Below are positions 45,621 through 56,100 of a stretch of 64,000 bases of DNA, piece by piece. The notes under the pieces were generated by a model. That model ran no database searches. It was not told the DNA's origin and saw only the letters and a program-made list of their open reading frames with translations. The stretch comes from a virus. Lineage: Duplodnaviria > Heunggongvirae > Uroviricota > Caudoviricetes. How positions within the stretch are numbered: position 1 is the first letter of the stretch; each line of letters starts with the position of its first letter. The DNA lies in IMG/VR virus record IMGVR_UViG_3300043444_000502, positions 1 to 64,000 of that record. One strand, 5' to 3'. A program made the position numbers and the translations under genes.

Positions 45621-46937
45621 ATGAAAAATTATATGAATTGGTTTACTGGTGTAGTAGAAGATAGACAAGATCCTATGGAAATGGGTCGTGTACGCGTTCG
45701 TATCTTTGGTTTGCATACAGATGACACAAATAAAATTAAAGTTGGTGATTTACCATGGGCTCATACATTAATGCCAACAACATCTGCTAGTATTTCAGGT
45801 GTTGGTTTTTCTCCAACTGGTTTAGTGCAAGGTTCTTGGGTTGTAGGGTTTTTTGCAGATGGTGAAAATTGCCAAGATCCTATCATATTGGGTTCCATTC
45901 ATGGACACCCAACGCAGAGTACTGATGATAGAAGAGCTTTTAAAGATCCTGATGGGTCATATCCACGATGGTTAAACGATAGCGATACTAGTTTTTGTGC
46001 ACGTTCAAAATGGAAAGAACATACATCATATCAAGTTAGATATGCAGCGCAAGTAAAGGGAATTGAAAAGGCAACTAAACCGCAATTACAAACAATTGTA
46101 TCAGAACATACTGAAGAAGAAACGCGTTCTACATGGGATGAACCAGAACCAAGAAGAGGATTTCCGGGTTTTTATCCAAATATTCATACGTATGAATCTG
46201 AAAGCGGAATTGTAAAAGAATATGATGATAGTCCTAATGGAATTAGAATTACAGAATATCATCCAGCTGGTACATTTTATGAAATTTTGCCAGACGGAGA
46301 TAAAGTAACTAAAGTATCTGGTGATAATTGGGAAATTATTGTTGCATCAGATAATATTCTAGTTCGCGGAAATCAAACTATTACTATTGAAGGTGATGCA
46401 CGTCATTTAGTAAAAGGCGATTATGTTATGGAAGTTATGGGAGATTATAACTTAAAAGTACATGGCAATCGCTTTAGTAAAGTTACAAAAAATGATGCCA
46501 TGGAAGTAGTTGGCAATTTTAACTTAAATGTGAAACAAGATTTTTTAACACGCGTCGGCGGCAATCAACAATTATTGATTGATAAAAATAAAACTGAAGT
46601 TATTGGTGGAAAATCACAATTAACTGTAACTGGTTCTGTTGATCAAATTTATTTAGACACATTAAGTACATTTTCAAATGGTGCACAATCTGTTTCTACA
46701 AATTCAACTCAACAATTCTTATCGAAAGACGGTTTAGAATTTGGTTCTCAAGCCGATTGGAATTTAAAATGTAATGCAAATCTAACTATTACTACTGTTG
46801 GTAATTTTACAATTGAAACTGATGGAAATTATACAGCGCATGCAAAACAAGGTGCAGCATTAACATCTGATACAACTACTAATATTACATCAACTGGTAA
46901 TTTTAAAATTACTGCTAATAAGATTGATCTTAACTAA
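45621..46937 (+). CDS. gp5: baseplate central spike, gp5-like (OB domain + beta-helix, no lysozyme domain)
   Basis: GRVRVRIFGLHTDD N-terminal OB motif; C-terminal VxGxxxxxV beta-helix repeats. Confidence 0.8.
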   Translation: MKNYMNWFTGVVEDRQDPMEMGRVRVRIFGLHTDDTNKIKVGDLPWAHTLMPTTSASISGVGFSPTGLVQGSWVVGFFADGENCQDPIILGSIHGHPTQSTDDRRAFKDPDGSYPRWLNDSDTSFCARSKWKEHTSYQVRYAAQVKGIEKATKPQLQTIVSEHTEEETRSTWDEPEPRRGFPGFYPNIHTYESESGIVKEYDDSPNGIRITEYHPAGTFYEILPDGDKVTKVSGDNWEIIVASDNILVRGNQTITIEGDARHLVKGDYVMEVMGDYNLKVHGNRFSKVTKNDAMEVVGNFNLNVKQDFLTRVGGNQQLLIDKNKTEVIGGKSQLTVTGSVDQIYLDTLSTFSNGAQSVSTNSTQQFLSKDGLEFGSQADWNLKCNANLTITTVGNFTIETDGNYTAHAKQGAALTSDTTTNITSTGNFKITANKIDLN

Positions 46938-46947
46938 GGAGAAATAA

Positions 46948-48324
46948 ATGAGTTTTTCACCATGTGGAATAAACGCTGCCTTAGATGAAGCTAAAGCAGG
47001 CATTGATAATTTAAAAGATAAAATTAAAGGCGGATTAGACGAGATCTCTGATGTTGGAGCGATGACGCAAAAAATCAAAGATAAATTAGCTGAAGTTAAT
47101 GTTCCACAAATTCCAGAAACAGATTTGCGTGCGGAATTAAGTAAATTGCCATATTTAACTCCTGAAGAATATACTAAAAAGGTTGCAGAATTAAAAAAGC
47201 AATTTGGCGAAGCTGTTCCAGATTTAGATTCTATTATTGGAAAAATTCCAAAACCTGTTGGTATGAATGCGGTTGGCGGAAAAGATATTTTTGCAGATTT
47301 ACAAAAAGCTTTGGGTGGTATTGGTAATATTTTCCAAACTGTACAAGAAAAATTATCTCAAACTTCCCTTGAATCAGTGGTTGATAATTTGTGTAATGAA
47401 AAGAAAGTAGATCCAGCAACTGGCAAAGAAGTACCTGCAGTTCCAAATATTATCGTCACACCAAAAATATTGACTGATAAATTTGGTAAACCAATTTATG
47501 AAGCTGATGGTACTCCAAAGGTAGAAAAAGACAAAAGTGGTAATGTTGTATATGCAAAACCTATTCCAAAACCTCCTGCTCCTGCAACGCCTAAAACAAA
47601 TCCAGTTGAAGAAAAAAAACCGGCTGAAGCACCAGCAAAGGGTTTTACATTTGAATTCACTGAAGCAAAATTAATTAAAGCTGCAGGTAAAAACGCGGGT
47701 CCATGGTTTGATACATTAAAAACATACTTGCCAAAATATAATATTACTACTCCAGAAAGAGTAGCTGCGTTTTTAGGTACATGTAAAACTGAGACCGGTT
47801 GGGTAAACTTGAAAGAAAAAACCGGTTATAATGCAGATTATTTGTATAATCATTTAAATGGTAAAAAGAAATTGCGTTTTCCAACCTTTGCTGATGCTGA
47901 AAAGGTAGCTGGTAAACCAAAGGAGATTGCAAATATCATTTATACAGTTGATAGACCAGCGTCACAATTATGTGGTGAGTTAGAACCAGATCATGGTTGG
48001 AAATATAGAGGTCGTGGTTTAATTCAACTAACATTTAAATCAGGTTATTTACAGTGCTCTAAAGCTTTATATGGTGATGATAGATTATGTCAAAATACTG
48101 AACAAGTAGCTGACGATAAGAATATTGCTGTTGAAACATCATGTTGGTTTTGGAAAACTAATAATTTGAATGATTGGTGTGATAAAAAAGCTTGGGGTGA
48201 TGTTCGTGCTATTGTAAACTCAGGTAGACCACTGAAAAAAGATAATCCTGACGGGAAGGGTATTCATGGATTTAAAGAATCTATGAAAAACATAGAAGAA
48301 GCATATAACGTACTGAAAGCATAA
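46948..48324 (+). CDS. tail-associated lysin: coiled-coil N-terminus + C-terminal GH19-like lysozyme domain
   Basis: AAFLGTCKTETGW ... YRGRGLIQLTFKSGY; paralog of the 14799 and 18109 ORFs. Confidence 0.7.
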   Translation: MSFSPCGINAALDEAKAGIDNLKDKIKGGLDEISDVGAMTQKIKDKLAEVNVPQIPETDLRAELSKLPYLTPEEYTKKVAELKKQFGEAVPDLDSIIGKIPKPVGMNAVGGKDIFADLQKALGGIGNIFQTVQEKLSQTSLESVVDNLCNEKKVDPATGKEVPAVPNIIVTPKILTDKFGKPIYEADGTPKVEKDKSGNVVYAKPIPKPPAPATPKTNPVEEKKPAEAPAKGFTFEFTEAKLIKAAGKNAGPWFDTLKTYLPKYNITTPERVAAFLGTCKTETGWVNLKEKTGYNADYLYNHLNGKKKLRFPTFADAEKVAGKPKEIANIIYTVDRPASQLCGELEPDHGWKYRGRGLIQLTFKSGYLQCSKALYGDDRLCQNTEQVADDKNIAVETSCWFWKTNNLNDWCDKKAWGDVRAIVNSGRPLKKDNPDGKGIHGFKESMKNIEEAYNVLKA

Positions 48325-48335
48325 TAAATAGAACC

Positions 48336-48782
48336 ATGCGTACACAAAATCTTTCAGATTTACCAATAGAACAGACAAATAAATCTGGATACTATTCAAG
48401 AGAATCTACATACTCAGATCTAGATCTTTTATTTAGACCAAATCCTGTTACTGGTGATATCAATCCAATTAGAGACACCGAAGCCGTAAAACGTTCGGTA
48501 ATTAATCTTGTCTTGACTAATTTTAATGAAAGACCATTTCAACCTGAAATTGGATCTGGTGTTAGAGGTTTATTATTTGAACCTGCAGATCCAATTACTA
48601 TGCATGACTTAGAAGAAGCTGTGCGTAGAACAATTGCTAACTTTGAACCAAGAGTTAGAATATTAGATATTAGCACAGAAGATCTTTCAGATGTTAATGC
48701 ATATAGCATGACACTAGAATTTCAGATCTTATCAACAGAACAAGTTACAACTACAACTATCGTATTAGAGAGACTAAGATAA
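48336..48782 (+). CDS. gp25: baseplate wedge protein gp25 (GPW/lysozyme-fold)
   Basis: overall similarity to T4 gp25. Confidence 0.85.
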   Translation: MRTQNLSDLPIEQTNKSGYYSRESTYSDLDLLFRPNPVTGDINPIRDTEAVKRSVINLVLTNFNERPFQPEIGSGVRGLLFEPADPITMHDLEEAVRRTIANFEPRVRILDISTEDLSDVNAYSMTLEFQILSTEQVTTTTIVLERLR

Positions 48783-50662
48783 TGGCGCTCAAAGTAACAG
48801 AATTAGATTTTTTCCAAATTAGGAACAATCTAAAAGATCATTTAAAATCTTTACAAGCTCAAGGCAAGTTTACAGACTATGATTTTGATGGATCAGGTAT
48901 GGCAATGCTTCTTGATCTGTTAGCATATAATACTCATTATAATGCTTTAAATGCAAACATGGCAATTAATGAGGTTTTTTTAGATACAGCAGAGCGTCGA
49001 GCAAATATTGTATCGCATGCTAAAATGCTTGGTTATGTACCTCGTTCTAGAACTGCGGCTTTTACGCATTTAAATTTAACAGTAAATGTTACTAGTCCAG
49101 TAAAACCTCAATCATTAACTCTAGATCGTGGAACAGAATTTACTACTATTATTGGTGATAAACAATATGTGTTCACAGCATTAGAATCGACTACTATTTC
49201 TCCAGTTAATGGAGTTTATACGTTTTCAAATATTAAAATTTCTCAAGGTAAACTAAGAAATTTTTCATATACAGTAGATTCTACTGATACGTCACAATAT
49301 TTCGAAATTCCAGATATTAATGTTGATAGAGATACCATTGTTGTAAAGGTAAAAGAAAATTCATCTGCGACAGCATATGATGTTTATACTCTTGCTAAAA
49401 ACTTTACGACTCTAAATTCTAAAACTAAAGCATTCTTCTTGCAAGAAGGTATCGATGGAAAATATGAAATTTATTTCGGCGATGGCATCGCTGGTAAAAA
49501 ATTAAATGGTGGCAATGTTATTCAAATTGAATGGTTAACAACAGATGGTCCGATCGCAAATGGAGCACAATCATTTACACTAGCTTCTACTATTCAAGGA
49601 TATTCAACATCTAATATTGATGTCCTTGCACGATCAGCTGGTGGTACTGATAGAGAAGAAAATGATTCTATTAGATTTAACGCTCCATTATCATATATTG
49701 CACAAAATAGAGTTGTTACACCAGATGATTATAAAGCTGCTATTTTAGAAAACTATAATAACGTTGAATCTATTGCAGTTTGGGGTGGAGAAAAAAATGA
49801 TCCGCCACAATATGGTAAAGCATATATCTCTATTAAACCAAAAAGCGGTGAAGTTTTAGATGATATTGAGAAAACGTATATTAAAGATAATATTTTAAAA
49901 TCACGTAATATTGTTTCTATTACTCCAGAAATTATTGATCCGGAATACACGTATTTAAAATTACAAGTATTCTTTAAATATAATCCAAGTTTAACTGATA
50001 AAACAGCGGGTGAGTTACAATCATTAGTTAGATCTATTGTTGATACATACAACAACACTGACTTAAAACAATTTGATGGTGTATTTAGATTATCAAAATT
50101 GACTAGATTAATCGATACTGCAGATGCATCTATTTTAAGTAGTAATATTCGTGTGTTTATGCAAAAACGTATTGTGCCTGATTTAGGTATTGCAAAGCGT
50201 TATCAATTAAATTTTTCTGCGCCTTTATATTCTTCTTCATCAAATGAAAGAGTATTGCAATCTTCAGCATTTACATATAACGGAATTACACAATATATTC
50301 ATGATAATCCTCAAACTATAGTAACTGATAGTGTGCACACTGATACTGATATGTCACATAAATTAGAAATGTATAGAGTTTCTAATAACATTGAATATGT
50401 AACTAATAATGATATGGGTTATATTATTACTGCACAAGGTTTAGTAGTTTTAAATGCATTTAATCCAGAAGCATATGAAGGTCAATATATGACTTTTACA
50501 GTTATGCCTGATACATTTGATATTGCACCTAAGAGAAATCAATTAGTAAAAATTGATATGGATTTAGTAGAGATTACTCCTCAAGTTGATACAATTGCAA
50601 CTGGTGGTACTCCAGGTGGTATCGACTATGTTCTCGTAACTCGCCACGAAGAAGGTTCTTAA
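48782..50662 (+). CDS. gp6: baseplate wedge protein gp6 (Baseplate_J)
   Basis: GSGMAMLLDLLAYNTHYNALNANMAINEVFLDTAERRANIVSHAKMLGYVP; 626 aa. Confidence 0.8.
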   Translation: MALKVTELDFFQIRNNLKDHLKSLQAQGKFTDYDFDGSGMAMLLDLLAYNTHYNALNANMAINEVFLDTAERRANIVSHAKMLGYVPRSRTAAFTHLNLTVNVTSPVKPQSLTLDRGTEFTTIIGDKQYVFTALESTTISPVNGVYTFSNIKISQGKLRNFSYTVDSTDTSQYFEIPDINVDRDTIVVKVKENSSATAYDVYTLAKNFTTLNSKTKAFFLQEGIDGKYEIYFGDGIAGKKLNGGNVIQIEWLTTDGPIANGAQSFTLASTIQGYSTSNIDVLARSAGGTDREENDSIRFNAPLSYIAQNRVVTPDDYKAAILENYNNVESIAVWGGEKNDPPQYGKAYISIKPKSGEVLDDIEKTYIKDNILKSRNIVSITPEIIDPEYTYLKLQVFFKYNPSLTDKTAGELQSLVRSIVDTYNNTDLKQFDGVFRLSKLTRLIDTADASILSSNIRVFMQKRIVPDLGIAKRYQLNFSAPLYSSSSNERVLQSSAFTYNGITQYIHDNPQTIVTDSVHTDTDMSHKLEMYRVSNNIEYVTNNDMGYIITAQGLVVLNAFNPEAYEGQYMTFTVMPDTFDIAPKRNQLVKIDMDLVEITPQVDTIATGGTPGGIDYVLVTRHEEGS

Positions 50663-50663
50663 T

Positions 50664-51722
50664 ATGTCTAAAAAGCTTTCTATTAATACACCAGATTATT
50701 ATGCTCTGAATTCTATTATTCCAGAACATTTATCTGGTAATGATCGCTTTTTGGAATTTATTGAAACATATTTAGAATGGCAACAAAATACTACTGTTTC
50801 TCCATCAAAAATTCTTAATGAGTTAGAAGAATCTAGAAATATAGATTTAGTCGCTGATGATTTCCTTGGATATTTACAAAGAGAATTTGCTGCGCCAATA
50901 CCAAATATTTCTAATGTAGATAGAAGAAAATTATATAAACAAGTAAACGACATTTATCGTGCTAAAGGTTCAATACCTTCATATGAAGCGCTATTTAATT
51001 TAATTTTCCAAGATGAAATTGAATTATATTTTCCACGTGTAGATATGTTAAAACCGTCTGATGGAAAATGGGATAATGTATCAAAGCGTTATTTAGATCA
51101 GAATGGATTTTGCTCAGATCGTAAAAAATTACAAGATAGTTATTATTATCAAGACTATTCTTATGTAATTAAAACTGGACAAACATATGAAAAATGGAAA
51201 GATATTGTAACAAAGATTTTACATCCTGCGGGATTTATTTTCTTTGGCCAAATTAAAATTATTAGTATTGCAAATAAACAGTCATTGAAAACTCCTGGTA
51301 TTCAACCGGGTCAATTGGCTGCAGAACCACCATTCTTACCGATTATTTTAGATAAAGTGGTTGTTACTCCTAAAGTTGTACAACGTACAACTAGTGTTAG
51401 TAGAGTTGCTCATTTACCAATTAATAAATTTGGTCCAACATATCTACATTTAGAACAAATCAAATTCTTATTGCGTGAACAGAACGTTAAATATGCTGAT
51501 TTAACGTTTGAGATTATTGAAACACCTGGCGGTGGTAAAACACATATATTACCTAATTTGACTGGTTCATTTGGTAATATTGGAGAAGGTTATTCTGATA
51601 CAACATTAGTGTTATCAGAATTCTTATCTACGGCTCCAGCAGATTTATCTGAAAACCCATCATTAGAAATAATTAATTTAGAAGAACCAACTGACATTAC
51701 TGTAACAGTTAGTTTGGACTAA
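50664..51722 (+). CDS. baseplate wedge protein, reduced gp7-like (P2 gpI-like)
   Basis: YRAKGSIPSYEALFNLIFQDEIELYFP and ILHPAGFIFFGQIKI resemble the T4 gp7 C-terminal region. Confidence 0.5.
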   Translation: MSKKLSINTPDYYALNSIIPEHLSGNDRFLEFIETYLEWQQNTTVSPSKILNELEESRNIDLVADDFLGYLQREFAAPIPNISNVDRRKLYKQVNDIYRAKGSIPSYEALFNLIFQDEIELYFPRVDMLKPSDGKWDNVSKRYLDQNGFCSDRKKLQDSYYYQDYSYVIKTGQTYEKWKDIVTKILHPAGFIFFGQIKIISIANKQSLKTPGIQPGQLAAEPPFLPIILDKVVVTPKVVQRTTSVSRVAHLPINKFGPTYLHLEQIKFLLREQNVKYADLTFEIIETPGGGKTHILPNLTGSFGNIGEGYSDTTLVLSEFLSTAPADLSENPSLEIINLEEPTDITVTVSLD

Positions 51723-51730
51723 TATAAATA
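51723..51730 (+). promoter_or_regulatory. T4-type late promoter TATAAATA
   Basis: upstream of gp8. Confidence 0.5.
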
Positions 51731-51763
51731 CAAGTATAATTCCAATTAAGGACACCTATAAAA

Positions 51764-53098
51764 ATGGCTGCAATTATTACATCAAAATTTCGTTTCCAAG
51801 CTGCTAAAAATTTGATTGCAGCTATTGGCGGTAACGGTGCACAAACACCTGAATCATATTATCTTTTTGTGGGACGTTCAATGCCTTGGACTGGTTCTGA
51901 TACTGCTCCAGCTTCTCCACAAGATAGATTATCTGATGAATTAGATGCTAAACAAAATATGTTAGCAATGAAGAAAATTTTACCTATCGGCGTTTCTCAT
52001 GCTATTCCACGTTATAACTGGGTTTCTGGTCAAACATATAGTGAATATGATGATCAAGATAGTTTATTATCAGCAAAACAATATTATGTTGTCACTGACG
52101 ATTTAAGCGTATATAAGTGTATTAAAGCTGGCACATCTGGTTCATTAATTCGTCCATCTGGTTCATCGCTTGAAGTTGGTAATGTATTAAGCGACGGTTA
52201 TCAATGGAAATATATGTTCACGTTGAGCGGGGGTGATGTAGCTAAATTTTTAACATCAACATTTATTTCATCTAAGACTCTAGAAGTAGACGATGAATCA
52301 ATTCAATGGGATGTTCAACAAGCTGCAATTCCAGGAGCAATTCATCGTATTAAAGTCACAAATGGTGGTTCTGGTTATAGTGCATCAAATAAACCAACGG
52401 TGACAATCACTGGAAATGGTACAGGTTGTGTTGTGCAACCAGATGATATTGTAATTAGCGGTGGTGCTATTACTGAAATATTGGTAAAAAATGCAAATGT
52501 TGGTACAGGATATTCACACGCAACTGTTAGCATTACTGGTGGAGTTGGTACAGGAGCTACTGCTCGCGCAGTTATTTCTCCAACTGGAGGACATGGTTCA
52601 GATCCAGTAACAGAATTATCATCATTTTACGTAATGATTGATGTGCAATTGGTTGCTGATGATGGTTCTGGAGATTTTATTGTTGATAATGAATTTAGAC
52701 AAATTGGTATTATTAGAAATCCAATTGAAACATCTACTGGTGATGTTGGTACAGCACCAACATATGATGCATTAACACAAATTCAGTTTACAGGTCTTGG
52801 TGGTGGTTCATCATTCGCTCGCGATACTATTATTGAAGGTCAAACATCTCTAGCGCGCGCATATATCGATAGCATAGATACAGATGTAATTCGTGTACAT
52901 CAAAATGATACTACAGGTTTTGGCACATTCCAAGTTGGAGAACAAATTCAAGTTGGTTCAGTATATGCTACAGTTGCAACTATTACTGCTCCTGAAATTG
53001 ATTCAAACAGCGGTGAAGTAGTATATTTAGAAAATATTGCGCCAGTTAATAGAAATTCTAACCAAACTGAAGACATCAAATTAGTTTTAGAACTATAA
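51764..53098 (+). CDS. gp8: baseplate wedge protein gp8
   Basis: IITSKFRFQAAKNLIAAIGG..YYLFVGRSMPW and GYQWKYMFTL match T4 gp8; late promoter at 51723. Confidence 0.7.
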   Translation: MAAIITSKFRFQAAKNLIAAIGGNGAQTPESYYLFVGRSMPWTGSDTAPASPQDRLSDELDAKQNMLAMKKILPIGVSHAIPRYNWVSGQTYSEYDDQDSLLSAKQYYVVTDDLSVYKCIKAGTSGSLIRPSGSSLEVGNVLSDGYQWKYMFTLSGGDVAKFLTSTFISSKTLEVDDESIQWDVQQAAIPGAIHRIKVTNGGSGYSASNKPTVTITGNGTGCVVQPDDIVISGGAITEILVKNANVGTGYSHATVSITGGVGTGATARAVISPTGGHGSDPVTELSSFYVMIDVQLVADDGSGDFIVDNEFRQIGIIRNPIETSTGDVGTAPTYDALTQIQFTGLGGGSSFARDTIIEGQTSLARAYIDSIDTDVIRVHQNDTTGFGTFQVGEQIQVGSVYATVATITAPEIDSNSGEVVYLENIAPVNRNSNQTEDIKLVLEL

Positions 53099-53120
53099 TT
53101 TATTTAAGGTTTAGTAAAAT

Positions 53121-56100
53121 ATGTCATTAAACATTTTCTCACAAGCTCCATATTATGATGATTATGATGAGAATAACAAATATTTAAGGGTCTTATTTAG
53201 ACCTGGTGTGTCATTACAAGTTCGAGAACTAAATCAACTTCAAACATATCTACAATCACAAATCGAAAGAATGGGTTTGCACTTCTTTAAAGAAGGTGCG
53301 ATGGTCATTCCTGGTCAATCTTCTGTAGATTTAGAAGCAACTTATTTAAAGTTAGAATCAGATACTAATGGCGTTGATATCAATACTATTTTAGATGATT
53401 TAAAAGGTTCGATTTTAGTAGGTGGAACTACTGGTGTTAAAGCTAAAGTTATTACAGCATCAGCTGAAACTAATACTGATCCAGTAACATTGTTCGTGCG
53501 TTACATTTCTTCTGGAGATGATAAACAAACAAAAGCTTTTCAGCCTGGCGAAGAATTGTCTACTGAATATGATGGACTTAAAGGTTCATATAGTTCAGTT
53601 AGTGGCACACAACGAACTGTACAGATCCGTTTAGGTTCTGGAAATATCGGTAAAGGTGCTATTGCATCTGTTGAACGTGGTATCTATTTCACTAAAGGTC
53701 AATTTGCTTTAGTTGATACGCAAACAATCATTTTACAAAAATATTCTAATACTCCTTCTTGCAGAGTAGGTCTTTCTATCGCAGAAAATATTATTACTGC
53801 AAACACAGATTTATATTTAAACGATAACGCTAATGGTACACCAAATGAAAATGCTCCAGGTGCTCATCGTTATCAAATCGTATTAACTTTATCAACACTA
53901 GATTTAGTATCTGTAAATGATTCAAATTTCATTGAATTAATTCGTGTTGATAATGGAACAATTCAATCTAAAGTTATTGACACAGAATATTCTATTTTAG
54001 CAAAAACTTTAGCACGTCGTACATATGATGAATCTGGACATTATACAGTTTCACCATTTAAAGTTTCTATTCGTGAACATCGTAACAATGATCGTGGTGA
54101 ATGGTCTGATGGTACATTATATGCGCTAGGAGATATCGTATCTAGTGGATCAAATTATTTTATAGCTTTAAGCGCTGGTACATCTGGACCAATTTCTCCA
54201 GGTACTCGCTTTGATTCAACTGATCCATATCAAACAATCAATGACGGTGTCTTAGATTGGAATTATACAGAAAACCCAGCATTTAATAGAGGTTACTTGT
54301 CGCCTGAGCGCGGCGGAGATGAAGGTTATGTTGCTGTTGCAATTGAACCAGGTAAAGCATATGTTCAAGGTTATGAAATTGAAAAAATTGCTACTGAATA
54401 TGTAAAAGTGCCTAAAGCACGTTCATTCGATCGAATTAACAACGATGCTATTCCAGTTTCATATGGTAATTACATTTATGTTACTAATGTGCATGGATTA
54501 CCAGATTGTTCATCATATCCTTTGATTGAATTATACAATCAAATGTTGCCGAGCGTAAATCCTCAAACTGCGGGTACAGGAACTAAAGTTGGTACTGCAA
54601 GAATTAGAGCATTTGAATTTGATAGCGGAATTCCTGGAACTACAACCGGTGTGTATAGAGCATACTTATTTGATGTTGCAATGAATCCTGGTTATTCATT
54701 TGATCGCGATGTAAAATCTATATTCTATAATACAGGAACGACAATTTTAAATATTGCTGCGAACGTGACCGGTGTTTATAGTTCTGCACTAAGCGGTTTT
54801 ATTAATGTTAATGGTACTGACCAAGTTACTGGCAATTCTGGTGCTAATTTCACGACTGATCTAAAAACTGGCGATTATATTATCGTTGAAACAGATGTCG
54901 GTAATGAAATACGCAGAGTTACAGTAAATAATTCTACTAGTTTAACAACTGATATTCCATTTGATGGTTCAGTATCTAATGCAGTGTATAAACGCGTAAT
55001 GACTGCAATTCAAGATCCTGGCAATCTTCCACTATTATTCCCTCTTGCATATTCATTTATTCGTAGAGTACGTGGTGGTAGCACAATCGTTAACGAAGAT
55101 GGTTCTATTACTTCTAACGATAATATTTTTGCTACTGTTTATACAACCACTCAAAGATTTGATGGTCAAACAGGCGTTGGTCAAACTTCACTAACAATTG
55201 CGGTTGGTTCTGCAATTAATGCAACTACACTTGGTACTGAATTTAATCCGTCTGCTAATAAGTATGATTATGTTGTAGTCAATAAAACTGATGGTGTGAT
55301 TGTTACTCCATCAGACATAGAATTACAAAATAATGGTGTTGAAGCACTTATTAGTGGTTTAGATTCAAGCAAATCATATTCTGTATTTGCTCCAGTTAGA
55401 AAATCTGATGCGGCTGGTCAAGAAAAGACAAAGAAATTACAAACTAATCAAACAATTGATTTCTTAAATCAAGTCGATGTAACGCCTATTAAACTTTCAT
55501 TGAAAAAGGCTGATGGATATCGCATCGTTGCTATTAAGATGGCAGATGGTTTTGGTACAGCATCATCTAATCCAGATACTACAACTGATATTACTAATTG
55601 GTATACATTTGATAATGGTCAACGAGATACACATTATGATGTTGCAACTATTACACGTAAAGATGGATATCCAGTTCCTACTGGTGCTGTAAGAGTTATC
55701 TTTGATTATTTCTCTCATAGCGCTGGTACAGCAGGTGACTATTTCACTGTTGGTTCATACTTAGCTGATTTACCATATCACAAAATTCCATATTACGTTT
55801 CATCTAATGGTGTAATTGCATTATCAGATGTGTTAGATTTCCGTCCACGTATCGGCGATATTGGTACATTATTTAATGGAACAGGTGCATCGGCTACTGA
55901 AGTTCCAAAAATTGGATTTGAAACTTCTACAAGTTATTCATACTATCTTCCACGTTCTGATAAATTGGCGTTAGACGTTGATGGTAAATTCTTTACCGTT
56001 GATGGTGTTCCAAGTTTATCTCCTGAAGAACCTAAAGATCCAAATCTTGGTATGCTTTTAGCTAAGATGCACTTTGCTGCGTATACCACTGTTCCAGAAA

